From Nitrospirales bacterium (lineage in GTDB: Bacteria > Nitrospirota > Nitrospiria > Nitrospirales > UBA8639): 64,000 bases of DNA. The stretch lies in contig CBDBCZ010000018.1 of assembly GCA_965203295.1 (NCBI GenBank), positions 512,001 to 576,000 on the forward strand, read 5' to 3'. The notes under the pieces were generated by a model. The model did no database searches and had not been told where the DNA came from. It worked only from the letters and a program-made list of their open reading frames with translations. Every line of letters begins with the position of its first letter. The stretch's first letter is position 1. This document shows positions 28,978-43,100 of the stretch, piece after piece. Position numbers and translations under genes: made by a program.

Positions 28978-31139
28978 CTGTACAGGAATGAAAATTCAAT
29001 GAGGAATATGTAGCTATGGTTAAACGCAGGGAGATAAAAATGTGTTTCCTGGTAAATTCAGTTCGTCATAATTAGAGTTTGTATCCCAAGGACAGTCTTA
29101 GGGGCGGTATACTGAAACACGCTGTGTGAATGCATCAATATTCCTACCGTGAGTTCCACACACGAAAGTTTGCATTTCGAACGCAGAAATGTGAAATACA
29201 CAACAGAATATCATTTGATTTCTGTTAGGGAATGCCATATATATTATATCCTGCATCACATTTTTTTTAAACGGGTACCCTGAACTGCAGAGAATAGACT
29301 CTAAATTTTCTCACATGGTGGAGCAGCTGGTTCTGCAAGATGTAAAGAACTCCTATATTATCCTCGTGTATAATTGTCGTATTAAAAGCTGTGGGCATGC
29401 ACGACCATGCAAATGCCATATTAATGACAAGAAACGGTTCTCTGCGCAGGCTCAAGTAGGAACCCATGTCCTGGGACTATAAAGGACTGCCCTCTGGCAT
29501 ATTCGAGATACTGTTCGTTCTTAAAATGTTGACTTTACCGTGTTGTACTGGGAATGTGGTGGATGGAACCACTTTGGTCAATATAAAGTACAAAAAATGT
29601 TGAGTTTTTAGATTCATGTTTATCAATCGCTTAATCTTGCAATAGCGAGAGCCCAATTTTCATAGATAGACAATGGATAACTGTGTGGGGTATTAACTGT
29701 AACAATATAGCGTTTATAATAGCATGAACAAAAACTCGTTTGCATCACGGCATGCATGATGCTTTAGTGGGATAACGCTATAGTCTTCAGCAATCCATCC
29801 AAAAATTCACCCCCATCACAAGTAGTTCAAAGTGTTGTCAAGTTTGTATGTGGCAAAGTCTTGGTGAATATGTAGAAAGCTTCTGAAGCCCAAAACACTG
29901 AATATGAAAACTTGTCACTAAAAGTTTTCTGAGTGATGCAGAATTAAGTCATGGATAATGATAAGTACTGCATGAAATGTATGTCAGAAAGGTATTTATT
30001 GTGTAAAGTAAACGAAGATTTATGACGATGTAAATTGCATATGTTATAATCGGTTAAAACACCCCAGGAGGGATGGTGTTGATTTATAAGCACGAGGCCG
30101 GAGGGCCAAGTGGGAGGTAGAGTGGTTATCAATCAACAACATCCTGACTGGGCAAGGTACTGTACACTCGGCGCATGTGCTTGTTGGGACAATAGATGTG
30201 GCCAACCCTTAACCCTAATTGTAGAGCAATATCTGCTATGCTTCAGTGAGGGTGCTTGTAGCTGGTTCATTCGCCCCATTGAATTTAGCAACCATAAAAT
30301 ATGCTCAACTACGACCCCTATAATTCCAGCAATTGCACTCACAGTTGATAGTGCGCCTGTGAGTGTGTTACCAATCTTATTTACACTAACCACCTTGTGA
30401 GTGGAGTTTTACACTCACTTTGTCCCAGGCAATACAGTTGCAGCATTAGGAATACACGGCAAATAATCCGGCCAGCTGAAGATGCAACGCAATGACTGGT
30501 TGAATGCCAACCTGGAGAGCGATACAACAGCAGTAATTACAAACTGCCATTTCAAGAACATGTGATATTGTAACAGTCCCGGGTAGAACTAATCATGTAT
30601 ACCGATTGCTTCACTGCGTCATAATGCAATGTTAAGCTTCCATTAATGAAATCTGCTGTGTAATTGTACAACAGTGAGCATGAGAGAAGTCTTTGGTAGA
30701 CCATAAACACACTATCCTGTGTGCGTTTTGAATGCTTCCCTGCAATATTAACCATTTATTATCAAAAATGTTATGAAATTGGCAGCAAATAATGCAAGTA
30801 TGAGTATGTTTTTCGACCAGACGGGTGACTCAGAATGCACTTAGGCATAGTGAAATTGTGTCTTCTTGTGTTGACGAAAGTAACGTTTAGTGGCGATTTG
30901 GATTGTTGGTATTGCTAAAGCCTAAACTCCCTCTCCACTGCAGCCTAGTGATTGTCTCCCTTTGTTGCTGTAGGTATGAGGCACAATACCGTAACTCTTG
31001 GTGTCATACTCCGACAGAAATTTGTAAAATTTGACACTATTTAAGACAGTCTATTAGGCCATTATTTTTGGCATAGCATAAGCTCACAACGAAATTTTTC
31101 TCAGTGACAGAATTCTAAAAGCTAAACACTTAGTATCAC

Positions 31140-34100
31140 TTACGTGTACCCACTTCCATCTGAAATGTTAACGAAATTTTGTTGAGTAGCAATCTCTAGA
31201 ACTATTTGTGATGTTGTCCGGACAACAGGGTTACAGGAATTCTCATTGTGCATGGCATCTTGGATGGCTTCACCACTAATGAAGTGACCAGCTATAATGT
31301 GATTAGTATTATTCTCTGCAGAAAGTGTGGCAAAAAGCTCTGACATCAATTTCTCAATCAAACCCTGTAAAAACACAAGCAAGTAGTTATGTTCAATTAC
31401 TAAGTTATTATGTTATGAGCATAATAATGAAAATAGTACAGGTACAGCTTAGTGAACGGCAACCTCATAATGCATAATGTCATGTGTACAAGATGTCTAC
31501 TTTGAAATAGTTAACCCTTTACCAACCATAAGAAACAGCTTAAAGAAGCAGAAAAGCCTGTACATAGTATTAACGCCTAATATTAAACCATAATATTTAT
31601 ATGGGCTTATGGGAGCTCATGACGCATATATGTGTCATTGGTTGGTAAAGAGTTAAGGACAGTTTGGGTGAGGTGAGCTAAAGTCTGAGGCAAAGCCGAG
31701 GAGTTTAACTCCTCAGCTGTTCATTTACTGATTCAATGTACATTGGTATAGCAATGGTCCCTGTATGTGACCACCTTTGAGTGCTATAGGTGTGAGAAAA
31801 AGTGGTTGTCATGGTAATGTAGATTAAGCCTACATACTGATGCGTCATTCTGATGTTTTTTAAAGAACTTAAGCATGTGCTCTGTAAAGCTAGCTAGTTG
31901 GTTATGACATGTCACCAGATTCCTCTTCATTCTTGAAGAGTGCATGGGGTATCATTCTGGTGTTTTGCATGAATCTTAAACATGTGCTGTCTAAAGCTAG
32001 TGGGTTGGCTACCCCTCTCCCTATGGCAATGTTAAGTAATGGATTGCTCTGTAAACTACGTCATTATGCGTTCCTGGGCTATGCACAGCAGCATTAGGGT
32101 ATCGATAGCATGAATGTGAAGACTACACCATTGCAATATCATATATATGTAAAGCTAGTGCTTTCGTATTTATGTAGCTACTGTGTTGTGATTTTTCTCT
32201 TATTTCTAGATATTAGATTAAGTCTATTTAGGTAGCAAGGGCTGAATTGGTAGATAGTAGCTATATAGTAGGTACTTGCTTTAAATTGAGATAAATACAT
32301 ACTATGGCCATCCTGGGTAGACAATTCATTACATATTAATTGTTTCGATCACCACCAATTGCATTTGATCCTGAAATGCGATATCTCTGAACTACCATTT
32401 AATTAAGGGTGGGGTAAATAAATTAAATGTGGAAAGTAATGCCATTCATAACGTTTGCTTTCTTGCCAGGACTGCTATAGGAACAAATCCAAACCAGTGT
32501 GCAGAGAGCTGAATACCCAGGAAAGGCTTCTAACTCATGAGATTCTCAGCTCTCTAGGACAGCATTTGTGTTCTAATTTGTGCAGCAGTAAAGTTCTTCT
32601 ACACTTTATAGTGGTTTACGATCAAAAATCGTGGTTGGTGGCACACTATAACAAAAAAGGGGTGGCTGGATAACTTAAAGCCCAAGAATGATAATATTAA
32701 TAATCATAGTTGTATTAATTTTACATGTGTGTACGCCTCTACTTACAAGGTCTTTCTCCCTTTTAGTTGTACTGTTGTCACTGTTGTCACTGTTTGCAAG
32801 GCAACCTGTGCACCACAAAAAATACCAACCATAATAATGGTAGACAAAGACTTAGCATATTTGAAGGGCAACAATGACTTGAAATCACCTTATACACAAA
32901 CAACTGATTAATGTGTGCTAAGTTGCGCTCTACATCCAAATTTAAGCCAGAAATGATATATAGTACAGAAGTTAAAGGTTCTGGTAATATCTATGCTAAC
33001 AATTTGACATCAAAATCAAAATTCATAAAAGTTTAAAGGACAAGACAGCAGTTTAGTCGCTGGTTATTATGATAGTAATGATGATTATATAGGTGGTTTG
33101 GTAGCAAGTTTGTGTGTTTGTTTACTCTGAACTCTTGGATAGTCAGCCTCTAACAAAAGTGCCATTGCTTATACAGTATTTGCTAACTATTTTGAGAAGA
33201 AGCCAGCAATCATCACATACTGTGGTTTGGATATGGGATATGTCCACTGACACTGTGCGCAACAGAAGGCACAATTCTATTTATTGAAATAACAATAATT
33301 ATCATGCATCGGTAAGTAGATTGACCTCCAGGAGAGTGAAGCTGTTTTTCTCAATGCACACACAGAGTACATTAAACATTAATGTCGGAGATCTAAACAA
33401 GAGTATCATACTGTATATAAGAAGCTATACTGTGACTGGAGATCTTACAAGCTCAACCTCAATATGTGGGTGTGTTGTGATGTAAGCACTACAGCAGTGA
33501 CATGAGTACATTATTACTATGAAGGAAGCTCCTAAGTTAGTAGGGTTATTCGGATTTGGGGGTTTAAGGTAATGCAATGCGGTGATGATTATGGGGTCTG
33601 CATCCATCTAAATTTTAGGTGTGATTGTGCATAATTTTCTTGGTAATTGCTTACCAGGGAGATCAAGCTCTAGGGGGTCAAAACAAACAATGAATATCAC
33701 AAATCCTCTTCCACGAGTCCTCTCACCCGTACGAAATGTAACAGTGAAGGTACCTGACAGGGTAAAAAAATTATAAGATAAAGATTAAGGTAGCAAGCCG
33801 CCTCACCTGGAATCTTTAATTCAAATGGTTCAAATGGATGGCTTTGTTGAGAACATGATAGATTACGTCGAATTGACAAAATTTTTGCATCTAACCACAC
33901 CTTCTGCCGAATAATCCACAAAAACGCTATTTCGGGTTGCTTAATAAAACGAAAAATTTCGCAACCTTTTAGAGCCCCACCCACAGTCTGACAAGTTCAC
34001 CAGTACCTACAGAGGATAGGCTACAAACGTAGGGATGTTTTTTCACAGAAATGCTGCAAAGTCAGTTTTACAGCCGTGAACGCGTCCAACTATGGGGTGC

Positions 34101-37100
34101 CGTTTGTGTCAAAATCAGTTTTTTTGAGATACTTTGTAACTATAGAATGGCATTTAGTAAATACCCATGGTTATTAACTAAGTACCCATGGTTATTTACT
34201 AAATACCTGGCATTTGCTAAATACCCATGGTCATTTACTAAATACGTGGTATTTGCTAAATACCCATGGTCATTTGCTAAATACCCGACATTTGTTGGAG
34301 CCCTGTAGGACTGGGAACGAGACTATTCAAATGAGCAACAGTGGAATTGCTCTCTCGAGATCGACTGTGTGACGGATTCCGACGGGTACTCATATTAGCG
34401 ATGGCCACGTGGACAACTAATTCGCTGCCTATACCCGGTACCCATACCATGTCGTAGTTTCTTTTTTAAATAAAAAGTGTTGAAAGCCAAAATCAGAGTA
34501 CCGCTCAACCGCTTCAAAGTGCCGATATCGCACGTGAAAGAGCCGCTATCCACATCAAAGTGACACACCCCTCCTGTTGATTCCGGTTGCCGCCATGGGA
34601 AAATGCAAACATATCGATGAATCTAATTAGCGCAACGTGAGTGATGCAATCTTATTAATTATTCATGAGGAGAATCACGCGGATTCGAAGGTGAGTCGGC
34701 TCGCTACCTTAACTGCAATGTCATGTGTATGCAAGAGTCAATAATCTGATGGACTGGAGTTGACTGGAATGATAAGTGATCAGGTAGACTTTAACAATGC
34801 ATAATTACCGAGCGCCTTAGCGCGAGGCAAGTAATCGTGTATCGCATTCAGCTTGCGTTGGTATGTATGTATGTATGTATGTATGTATGTATGTATGTAT
34901 GTATACACTTGGGCGTGGTTTCTGTCGTCTGGTCCGGTCTCCAGATCTCCATACTGCGGTTTTTTCAGGCCATGGCCACGTGCTTGCGTTAGCCTTTTCG
35001 TTCGCGTTCGATGGAGCTTAGATATATAAGGAGGAATCCAAACGTGATCACGCTAGAGCGCGAAAGCGAAAGCAAAGAGCCGCCATTTCAGAAGACACGA
35101 TGGCAAAGGAGAGAGAAGACGACAGGTTGCGGAAGAGACGATGAGTCGGTGCTAGGTAAGACCACTCCATGTCTTGTGGCGTTAGGAGACCTCGCTGACC
35201 GGATGATCCTTGAACTCGTGAAAAGGGCAAGGACGCTTCGCCATCATCATCACGCCACAGCAGCTAGCTATACAGCAAGCTACACGTGGTTACAACAAAA
35301 ATCGACTTGCATATCTCCGGATATTCTTCCGCGCGAGGCATACTCTGCGCATGCGTATTCCTAGTTATATGCTATGCAGGTGCATAGTATAACAATTCAA
35401 AAAAGAGCATACAACGAATGGAAAGGAACAACAGATTACTAGATCAAATTACTACTGGGTGAATGCAAAGCATTGTGGGGCGAGCGTGAGCGAGGTATTA
35501 GCCCATGCGTACATTAGCGGCGATGCGCCCTCAGCAGCTCTTTTGCCTCCTTCTCTCGTCTCAGTGTCACTGTCGGTGGCCTGGAGAAATGACAACTATT
35601 CTGGCTCTAGAACTCGCTCTCTACTGTTCCAATGTGACTTATCGCCAACCTGGGGATATATACGGCAACGCTGTAGCCTTTGCCGCTGCCGTCTACTCTG
35701 TGAGAGCATCCCTAAGCTAGCTACACTGCAGCCACCGTGGCCACGTGAACCATTTGGAATATTACGGAAACTATTTTAAACGTTATATTGAAACTTGAAA
35801 CGATATGCGGTATTGTGCGTGCGTACGTACGTACATACGTACACCGTACGCGCAGACAAATTCTCCATTGAACACACTAGTGTGGGGCTCGCTCACGCTC
35901 GCCCAATAACTCCTATACATACTACTGGGAGAAGTCAAATGATAATAACACATGTGGACAGTACTCGGTTTCTCTTGAAACTGAAACTCCGAAATCACAT
36001 AGATTGGGATATTTCACTCGTAAAACTATCTGTCTGTGACAGTTTTGAAATGATTTGTTTTTGTCACTTCAGCAGACTGGAAGTATAGCAGTATTGGTCG
36101 ACATCCAAAGTTTTTAAAAAATTGCATTTTTGCGCAGGGTGCTGGTAAATTTCTTTTAACACACAAATTTTTGCTGATTTACAGTATATCCGTATTGTGT
36201 ACACTTGTATTCAGACTATGGATGCTTGGTACTATTAATGGTAGACATAATTGTTTAAATACAGCAATACAGTCACCTAGCATTTAACCATAGAGATCCT
36301 AAAACAACCTAATATACATCACAGTTGCCAGTACTTATGTTACGTGAGAGAGCTAACTGTTGACTTTGCGCTCGGCCTAAGTCATACCCAGTACGAGTTG
36401 GCTTCTCTGCAGACTCAGCTACAGATGTATATTTCTTTAGCCACACTTCAGTGAGTGTGCTTGTACCTCGTTTTTTCACCCCAATAAACTTAGCAGAACC
36501 TAACAACGGCATATTATAAATTTTTCTATGAAATGTAGCACGAGGCAAAGTGATGAAGTGAAGAATAAATGTTACGCTACATACTTATTCTTAGTTTTTC
36601 CACTAACCTTCCTCCAACTCAAACAAGTTATCCTGTGTCTGATTACCACAACTCTCTGTTGGGCCAAAGCCACAGCGTTCCACTTCAATGTAATCTGTGC
36701 ACCTGGAAATGGAGTAAAGCTACGTGAATGTTTGTTCACTTAATCCTTTCTTCTCTAATGGCACAGTATTTCAATCGCAAAGTATTTGAATTTCTACTGT
36801 CTCATTTTGGTGGCAATTGGTGGCTACGTGGACCTGCCTTTCTCCTTATTTTCTATTTTGACTGTTTGCTGCAACCGAGTGTACCACACTATAAACCTCA
36901 GTGTAGCTATATTAAACTTACCATGGTAAAGCAAATTCTACACAGAGTGGAAACATCCAAATAGCGGTACAACACTGGTACATTACACCTCAACATGAAT
37001 GCAAATAACTATACACTCTTTTCTTTTCCAGGTGGAAAGATGCTATGTAAGTTTGTCCAAGTATACTTAGACCACACATGAATAATTAATGAGCATATTC

Positions 37101-40100
37101 CTTTGATGTTTTCCGGTTAGTCCAGGGCATTTAAGTAGGTTAAACCCCCGCTTGCCGTTTGAAGTCGCCGGTTAGTCCAGGGTAGTTTAATGGACCCTTT
37201 GAAGTCGCCGGTTAGTCTAGGGTAGTTTAATGGACCCTTTGAAGTCAGCCGGTTAGTCCAGGGTAATTTAACAGAGCCAACTAAACATAAGCGCTCAGTA
37301 TGTACAAACGCTTTGCATGAATGAAACAATACCAAAAAAAATAAATAAAAGCAATTGGCTGGCTATCGAAATCTAGAGATCTGTGTTCATCTCTGTCTCA
37401 GAGGCCAAACAGCCTGCAGTCGTAGCTTCTTCTCTTGTTCCAATGACAAAGCGGCTGCGCTTGCTTGGTATCTGTTCCAACGCCCTCCTTCGTCAGCGTC
37501 TTCATTCGTGCATCAAGCGATGGTCTTTGGCACAAAAAACTGAGAGACTCAGGCTGGCCATTCTCTCGAAAGTGACGTGCATCAGGGTAGCTGCGCCGGG
37601 GTACGGTGTTTCGTCTTGGCAACAGATCTGCTGGCTTATCGATCAATGTCTTGGATCCTTGATCTCATGAGCATCGACTAAAAAATTAACACAGCTCACT
37701 GCGTTTCCTTTCATGTTTTTGCAACTACCTACTCGTAGATATCACGGACTACTGCATTCTCAGATAGGGGACTCCAAACCGCTTACTGTTTTCTTCGTTA
37801 CCGAGCTTGAAAATCTTCAAAGTTGTCAATGTTCAGTTCAAATCCATCACAATCGAAAGCGGCGCCTAGTTCCCCTCTGCCATAAACACTACAACACAAC
37901 CAGCACTCGCATTTCTTGCTACAAAAATGCAGCAGTTAGCAGGCAAATCCATTAGTCTAAACGCCATACGATGCCGCATGACTCTCAAGCAACAAGCCCA
38001 TTGGCTGTTGCCGCACAACGGTGACTGTGCCCATATATGGCTAGCAGAGTCCCGTTGCAGCAGGCTGAGCTTATTCAATTAGTGGTGTGACCTTATTCAA
38101 TTAGCGTTATGGTCTAAGCCAGTTGGACCCCTCCCTAGAGGAAACTAACCGACTTATCCGCCCGTGGGAACCGAGGGAAACCAAGGAAGTGTTAATTGGG
38201 TCGAGGGTGAAGGGATCTATCCTATACAAAGCACTTATCCAAAGTACTTAAAGCTTGGCTCCACGTACTGTAGGTGCAACCAATGCAGTCTGTAATAGAA
38301 TCAATCTCAGATGGTTGGTTAAAAGGTTCTGGTCATGGTGTTCACAATTCTTCAAAGTATAATGCATACATGCACATTAATAAAAGGTAAAAAGTGTTAA
38401 TGTATGCATACCTGTCAAAGCAGTCAGCTTCCTGTAAGTCCAGGTGAATGGCGTTGTAGAAGGCACGTCTCCCTGCTGGACACTGCACATTGTAAGTGAC
38501 GAGCATGGAATTCTCATAGCTGAGGAAGAGAACACAGGAGATTAACACACAAACTCTTAAAGTCACAAATAAACCTAGCGTGTTCATATAAAAATCCACA
38601 GTTAGTTTTAAAAACCTTGCATGTATTATTTGACTACCTTTGCATCAAAGATGTATAGGTTAACACAACTTTCATCTGAACAAGTCTGACATTTCATGTC
38701 TAAAAAACCAGCCGGACGCCTTTCCCGTACAATACACACAACTCAGCTTAGGCCAAGCTATTAAACTACAGCTGTAGAGCCAGATATACTATAATATTAC
38801 TCTTAGAGCGGTACAGCGAAAGTGCTGACTCAGCAGTTTCATCATGCGCCTCCAGTTAGTAGCTATACGCCACCAAAACAGGATCTTTACGGCTACCTAC
38901 CACGTTTTCGCCATCTAGGCAACACAAAACTACCTTCATTTGCTGTAGCTTGGCCTGCAAACCTCCAAAAGCTGCTATACACTGCAGTTGCATAGTAACG
39001 TATGACGTAAATCATTTGTAGTAATACAATACAATACAATATTAATCAAACATGTAATATATTGCGCACGTGATAAGTGCGGACGCACAAACTGACAGAC
39101 AAACAAACAAACAAACAGACGCGGAAAACGTAAAGCAATCTTAGTACCAGCCGTTCGCGCGCTGCGCGCGCTCAGGCTGGTAAAAAGGTTTCAAGTCACT
39201 TGTACAATGTGCTCTACAGTTTTTAATCACTAGCAAATCCAAATTAAAAAGATAATCTGGAGTTGATTGGGTGTGACAAACAATGTTAACATCTCTAAGG
39301 GAAACTTAGTACTGAGACCAAACCAAATTTCATGGAGTAAAGCCACACACAGTGGCTTTCACTAATATTATCACTCTTTTTGTAAAGGCACAGTTACCTT
39401 TTATCAGCTAGGCATACGTAAAGTGTGCGAATGGCTGGTCATATTATAGGCCAGCCCCAGTTGCGTATGGAAGAACGAAGAGATTGGCAATGCTGCTTTA
39501 AAAATTTATGGCATTGCTTGATTGTGCAATCAGTCTCCAGCGCTCATATCTCCATAGATAATTTCTATGATATCTGAGCATACAGTAAAGCTACACAAAC
39601 TGTACTAACCCGATAGCTGTAGGTACTACATGTAGTTAAGCCTCTTTTGATCAAACTACATGACAAATTTTGTGGACAACTGATCTTTGGTTTGCAATGA
39701 CTTTGAAGATGTCAACCATGAAGCAGCCAGAGAGATGCCATTTTGAACACGTCCTTTGCCACCGGGGACGGTGTATATAATATATATGTATAAACGCTAG
39801 CTGAGATTGGTGAGTGCATAGCATGCAAATATTGGCCTTGCTGCACTTGTCCAGGACAATAATACATCAAACATTGTTATGCCTATTGCCAGCTTTGTAG
39901 GCCAAGCTACAGCAAGCGAGTGTAGTTTGTAAAAATTGGTTAGCAGCCACAACAGTTCTGCTGTGGTAACGTACAGCTGCTAACAGAAAGTACACTACAA
40001 AACTGGCGAGTCAGCATTTTTGCTGCACTACATTATTTTGGTTGTTTATCTGGTGCAGTAGGATACACATTATACATAGGTTAATGGTCGCAGTATCTTA

Positions 40101-43100
40101 AACTGACCTCTTTGCTAATTGGTGTTTCACTTTAACTATGGGCGAATCACGGTCACATGTTCTATAATCATATGGTATATGTATTCTTCATTACTTAGTT
40201 ATCCCACCGTTATTATGGGGCCATCAGCTAAGCATGAGAATTTACACAAACACATGCATACACAAACACACATACACAAACTCACTCTTTTTCCAAAAAG
40301 AAACCAGGAGAAAATAGTACACGAAGATTCGGACTTCCCAGATTATTGATTGGCTCCACTATTTGTGCATTTGGGAAAGGAACTGGATTTATGTAGGTGC
40401 ACTGTGGCCCTCCAGATGGTCCTCGACCAATTCTAGTCCTGTATATTCCCTGCTCACTGCACAGGAATAAAAATTGAACATATGAAAAAAAACATGTGTT
40501 TCCTGGTTATGAGAGGTAATTGCAGTTTGTCATAATTAGAATATTTTTATTCAGAGAACAGCCTACATTTACAAAGCCAGCTACAGGCCATGTATCTAGA
40601 CTGTGACACTATAGCCATCCAAATTACACTGCGAGTCAAAAGAGTTTAGCAAAGAAAATAGTTGATGACAATGCTGTATGCTATTTGATCACTTTATATA
40701 CGGCACCATACTGTATCACGGAGTACGGTAGTACTCCATATGTAGGGTGGCACGGGAAAAAAATGGCGGCCACATATAACGCGTACAAAATCATATGCTC
40801 AGAACTCTGCTCTGATTACAATCATAGGCTTTTATGAGCCATATCATGACATCTGGAGTGTTTCCATCAGCAACAAGGCTGTTAGCGGTGCTGGAAAGCT
40901 TCGCTGGAGTACCAGACCGGAAAATCGCTACACTCGGGGGGCGGGGCGTAATCGACTATCATGGAGTACGGTAGTACTCCATATGTAGGGATGGCACGGA
41001 AAAAAAATGGCGGCCCTATAGAACGCGTACAAAATCATACACTCAGAACTCGGCTCTGATTATAGTCATAGGCTTTTATGAGCCATACCACGTCATCTCG
41101 AGTGTTTCCATCAGCAACAAGGCTGTTAGCGGTGCTAGAAAGCTTCGCTGGAGTACCAGACCGGCAAGTCGCTACACTCGGGGGGCGGGGCGTAATGGTA
41201 CATCTTCTTCTTTGTTTCTTTCTTCAGCCAGGCTAGCACAATAATGGCAGAAGCTATCACAATGATTCAAGCGCGAACAAGCTAGATATTCCCCGGGGTA
41301 TTGCACTCGTAGTATAACGTTTTCAAAGAAACCGAACAGGTTCAGCAGTGATTCACGAGTACTCTCGAGGTGACGCTTGTCGTTTTACGCCATTTAATGA
41401 CTACTGTTCTGTTCCGTTCGGTTTCGGAATTTAGTAACCGCCCCTTTCGCGTGTTGTCTATTTAACGCCTACCTTTGATCGTGCCAGCTGTCCGGGCCTG
41501 AGCTGCATCTCCTGGTTCATCACTTTGTAAGTCACCCGAAAATTTAGCTACAATACACTTACTCACATGGCTGATAGTATTATTTTAGTAGTAGGGTAGC
41601 TAGCTACTGAAGTAAGGGGGTGTCCAAAGGGTGCATGGAACTGTCCGGACATACACAAGGAATCAGTAGCTCACAATACATAACAAGGGCAGACAGAAAG
41701 GCCCACGAACGAAATAAATTTGCTGTTAAATACGAGCACAGGCAGATAAGCCTTGGTGTTCGAACAACCCCTACCGTCCGGACACCCCCTCACTTACTCT
41801 ACCTGAGGAGGCAGGCAGCTATTTGTCTTTGTGACACTAGAAACTGCAATACATATCATTGTCCTTGGTGATAATTTGCAGTTCAACATCCTGGAGTACG
41901 GTACTACTCCATATGTAGGGATGGCCCTGGCCTCCCCATTAAAATGACATGTTTATAGTACTCTGCTGTAGGTGTAGTCTAGGACCGTAATATGAAGCCT
42001 ATGTACCACTTATTTTGGAGCGTTGTCGTCACTAACCAGGCTGTTAGCACAGCTAAAGAACATCTTTAAAGTACCAAAGCAGCAAGTGGTTAAAACCGCC
42101 GAATGGTCTATCTTCATCTTATCAGATAATCCTTAATTCAGTCAAACTAGCACAATAATGAGTGAAGCGATAAAAAGATTCCAGTACGAACGGGCATGAT
42201 TGACCCTCGGGTAGTGCCTTTCGGGCGTAGCGTTATCAAAGAAATCGAATCAGTTTAGCAGTGATAAGGAACACTCTCTAGTGGACACTTGCCACTTACA
42301 GGCCATTTTATGGTAAGATGGACTTCCTGCCAGCACGTGTTGGTCTATTTAAAGCCTATCTTCGATCGTGCATGAAAGCAAGGTTATACATTTATGAAAG
42401 AGGGCCCAGAATAAACAATGTACATTCAAAACCAACAAAGTATAACAGCAGCTGCTAGAGCAACTACCTGCGCTAGGAGTAGTGTTGACCCTGACAAGAA
42501 ATAGGCAGCCTCACGTGCCAGTTACATAGCTGACCTTGACAAGAGACCTCCCCCCCCCGTGCACATGCAGGCGAAGGCCTTCCTAATGCTGACTGGAGTA
42601 CAAATCGAAACCCATACTACACACATCCTCAAACACATTCCATTCCAATACCATCTACTGCACACATTTACACATACACATTTGTTACCACTTCCCAAAA
42701 AAACCGCCCAAAACAAGTTACAGAAAAAGCACTTTGCCAAAAAGTGCAAAAACAAGTAATGTAGGGATGGACTTTCATCAAAAACAGTTCCCCAAAAACC
42801 AATGAAACAAGCAACAATGCACATCGCAATGCGTGCACAAACAATCCACACATCACAGCGCAATGCGTAGCTACCATCCCTACATCTTTCCAACCACACC
42901 CACCACAATCTGTACCTTGCCCCCATACTGAACTGCACACCCAATACTTCCTTCAACACACACAACCATCCACAATCATCACTATCATATATATACCACC
43001 CTTACATCCTTATCCACAATCATTACATAGCTACATCATAAACACAGCACCCCACACTACTGTAACAGCCAACCCAATCCTTCAACAGGAACGCTAGCTA

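Noticed and set aside
29140..30900. Possible Penelope-like RT remnant at the B1/B2 junction (TLPH, HIPS..YAR fragments on minus)
   Set aside because: Too degenerate to call by eye; needs tBLASTx or an HMM search.
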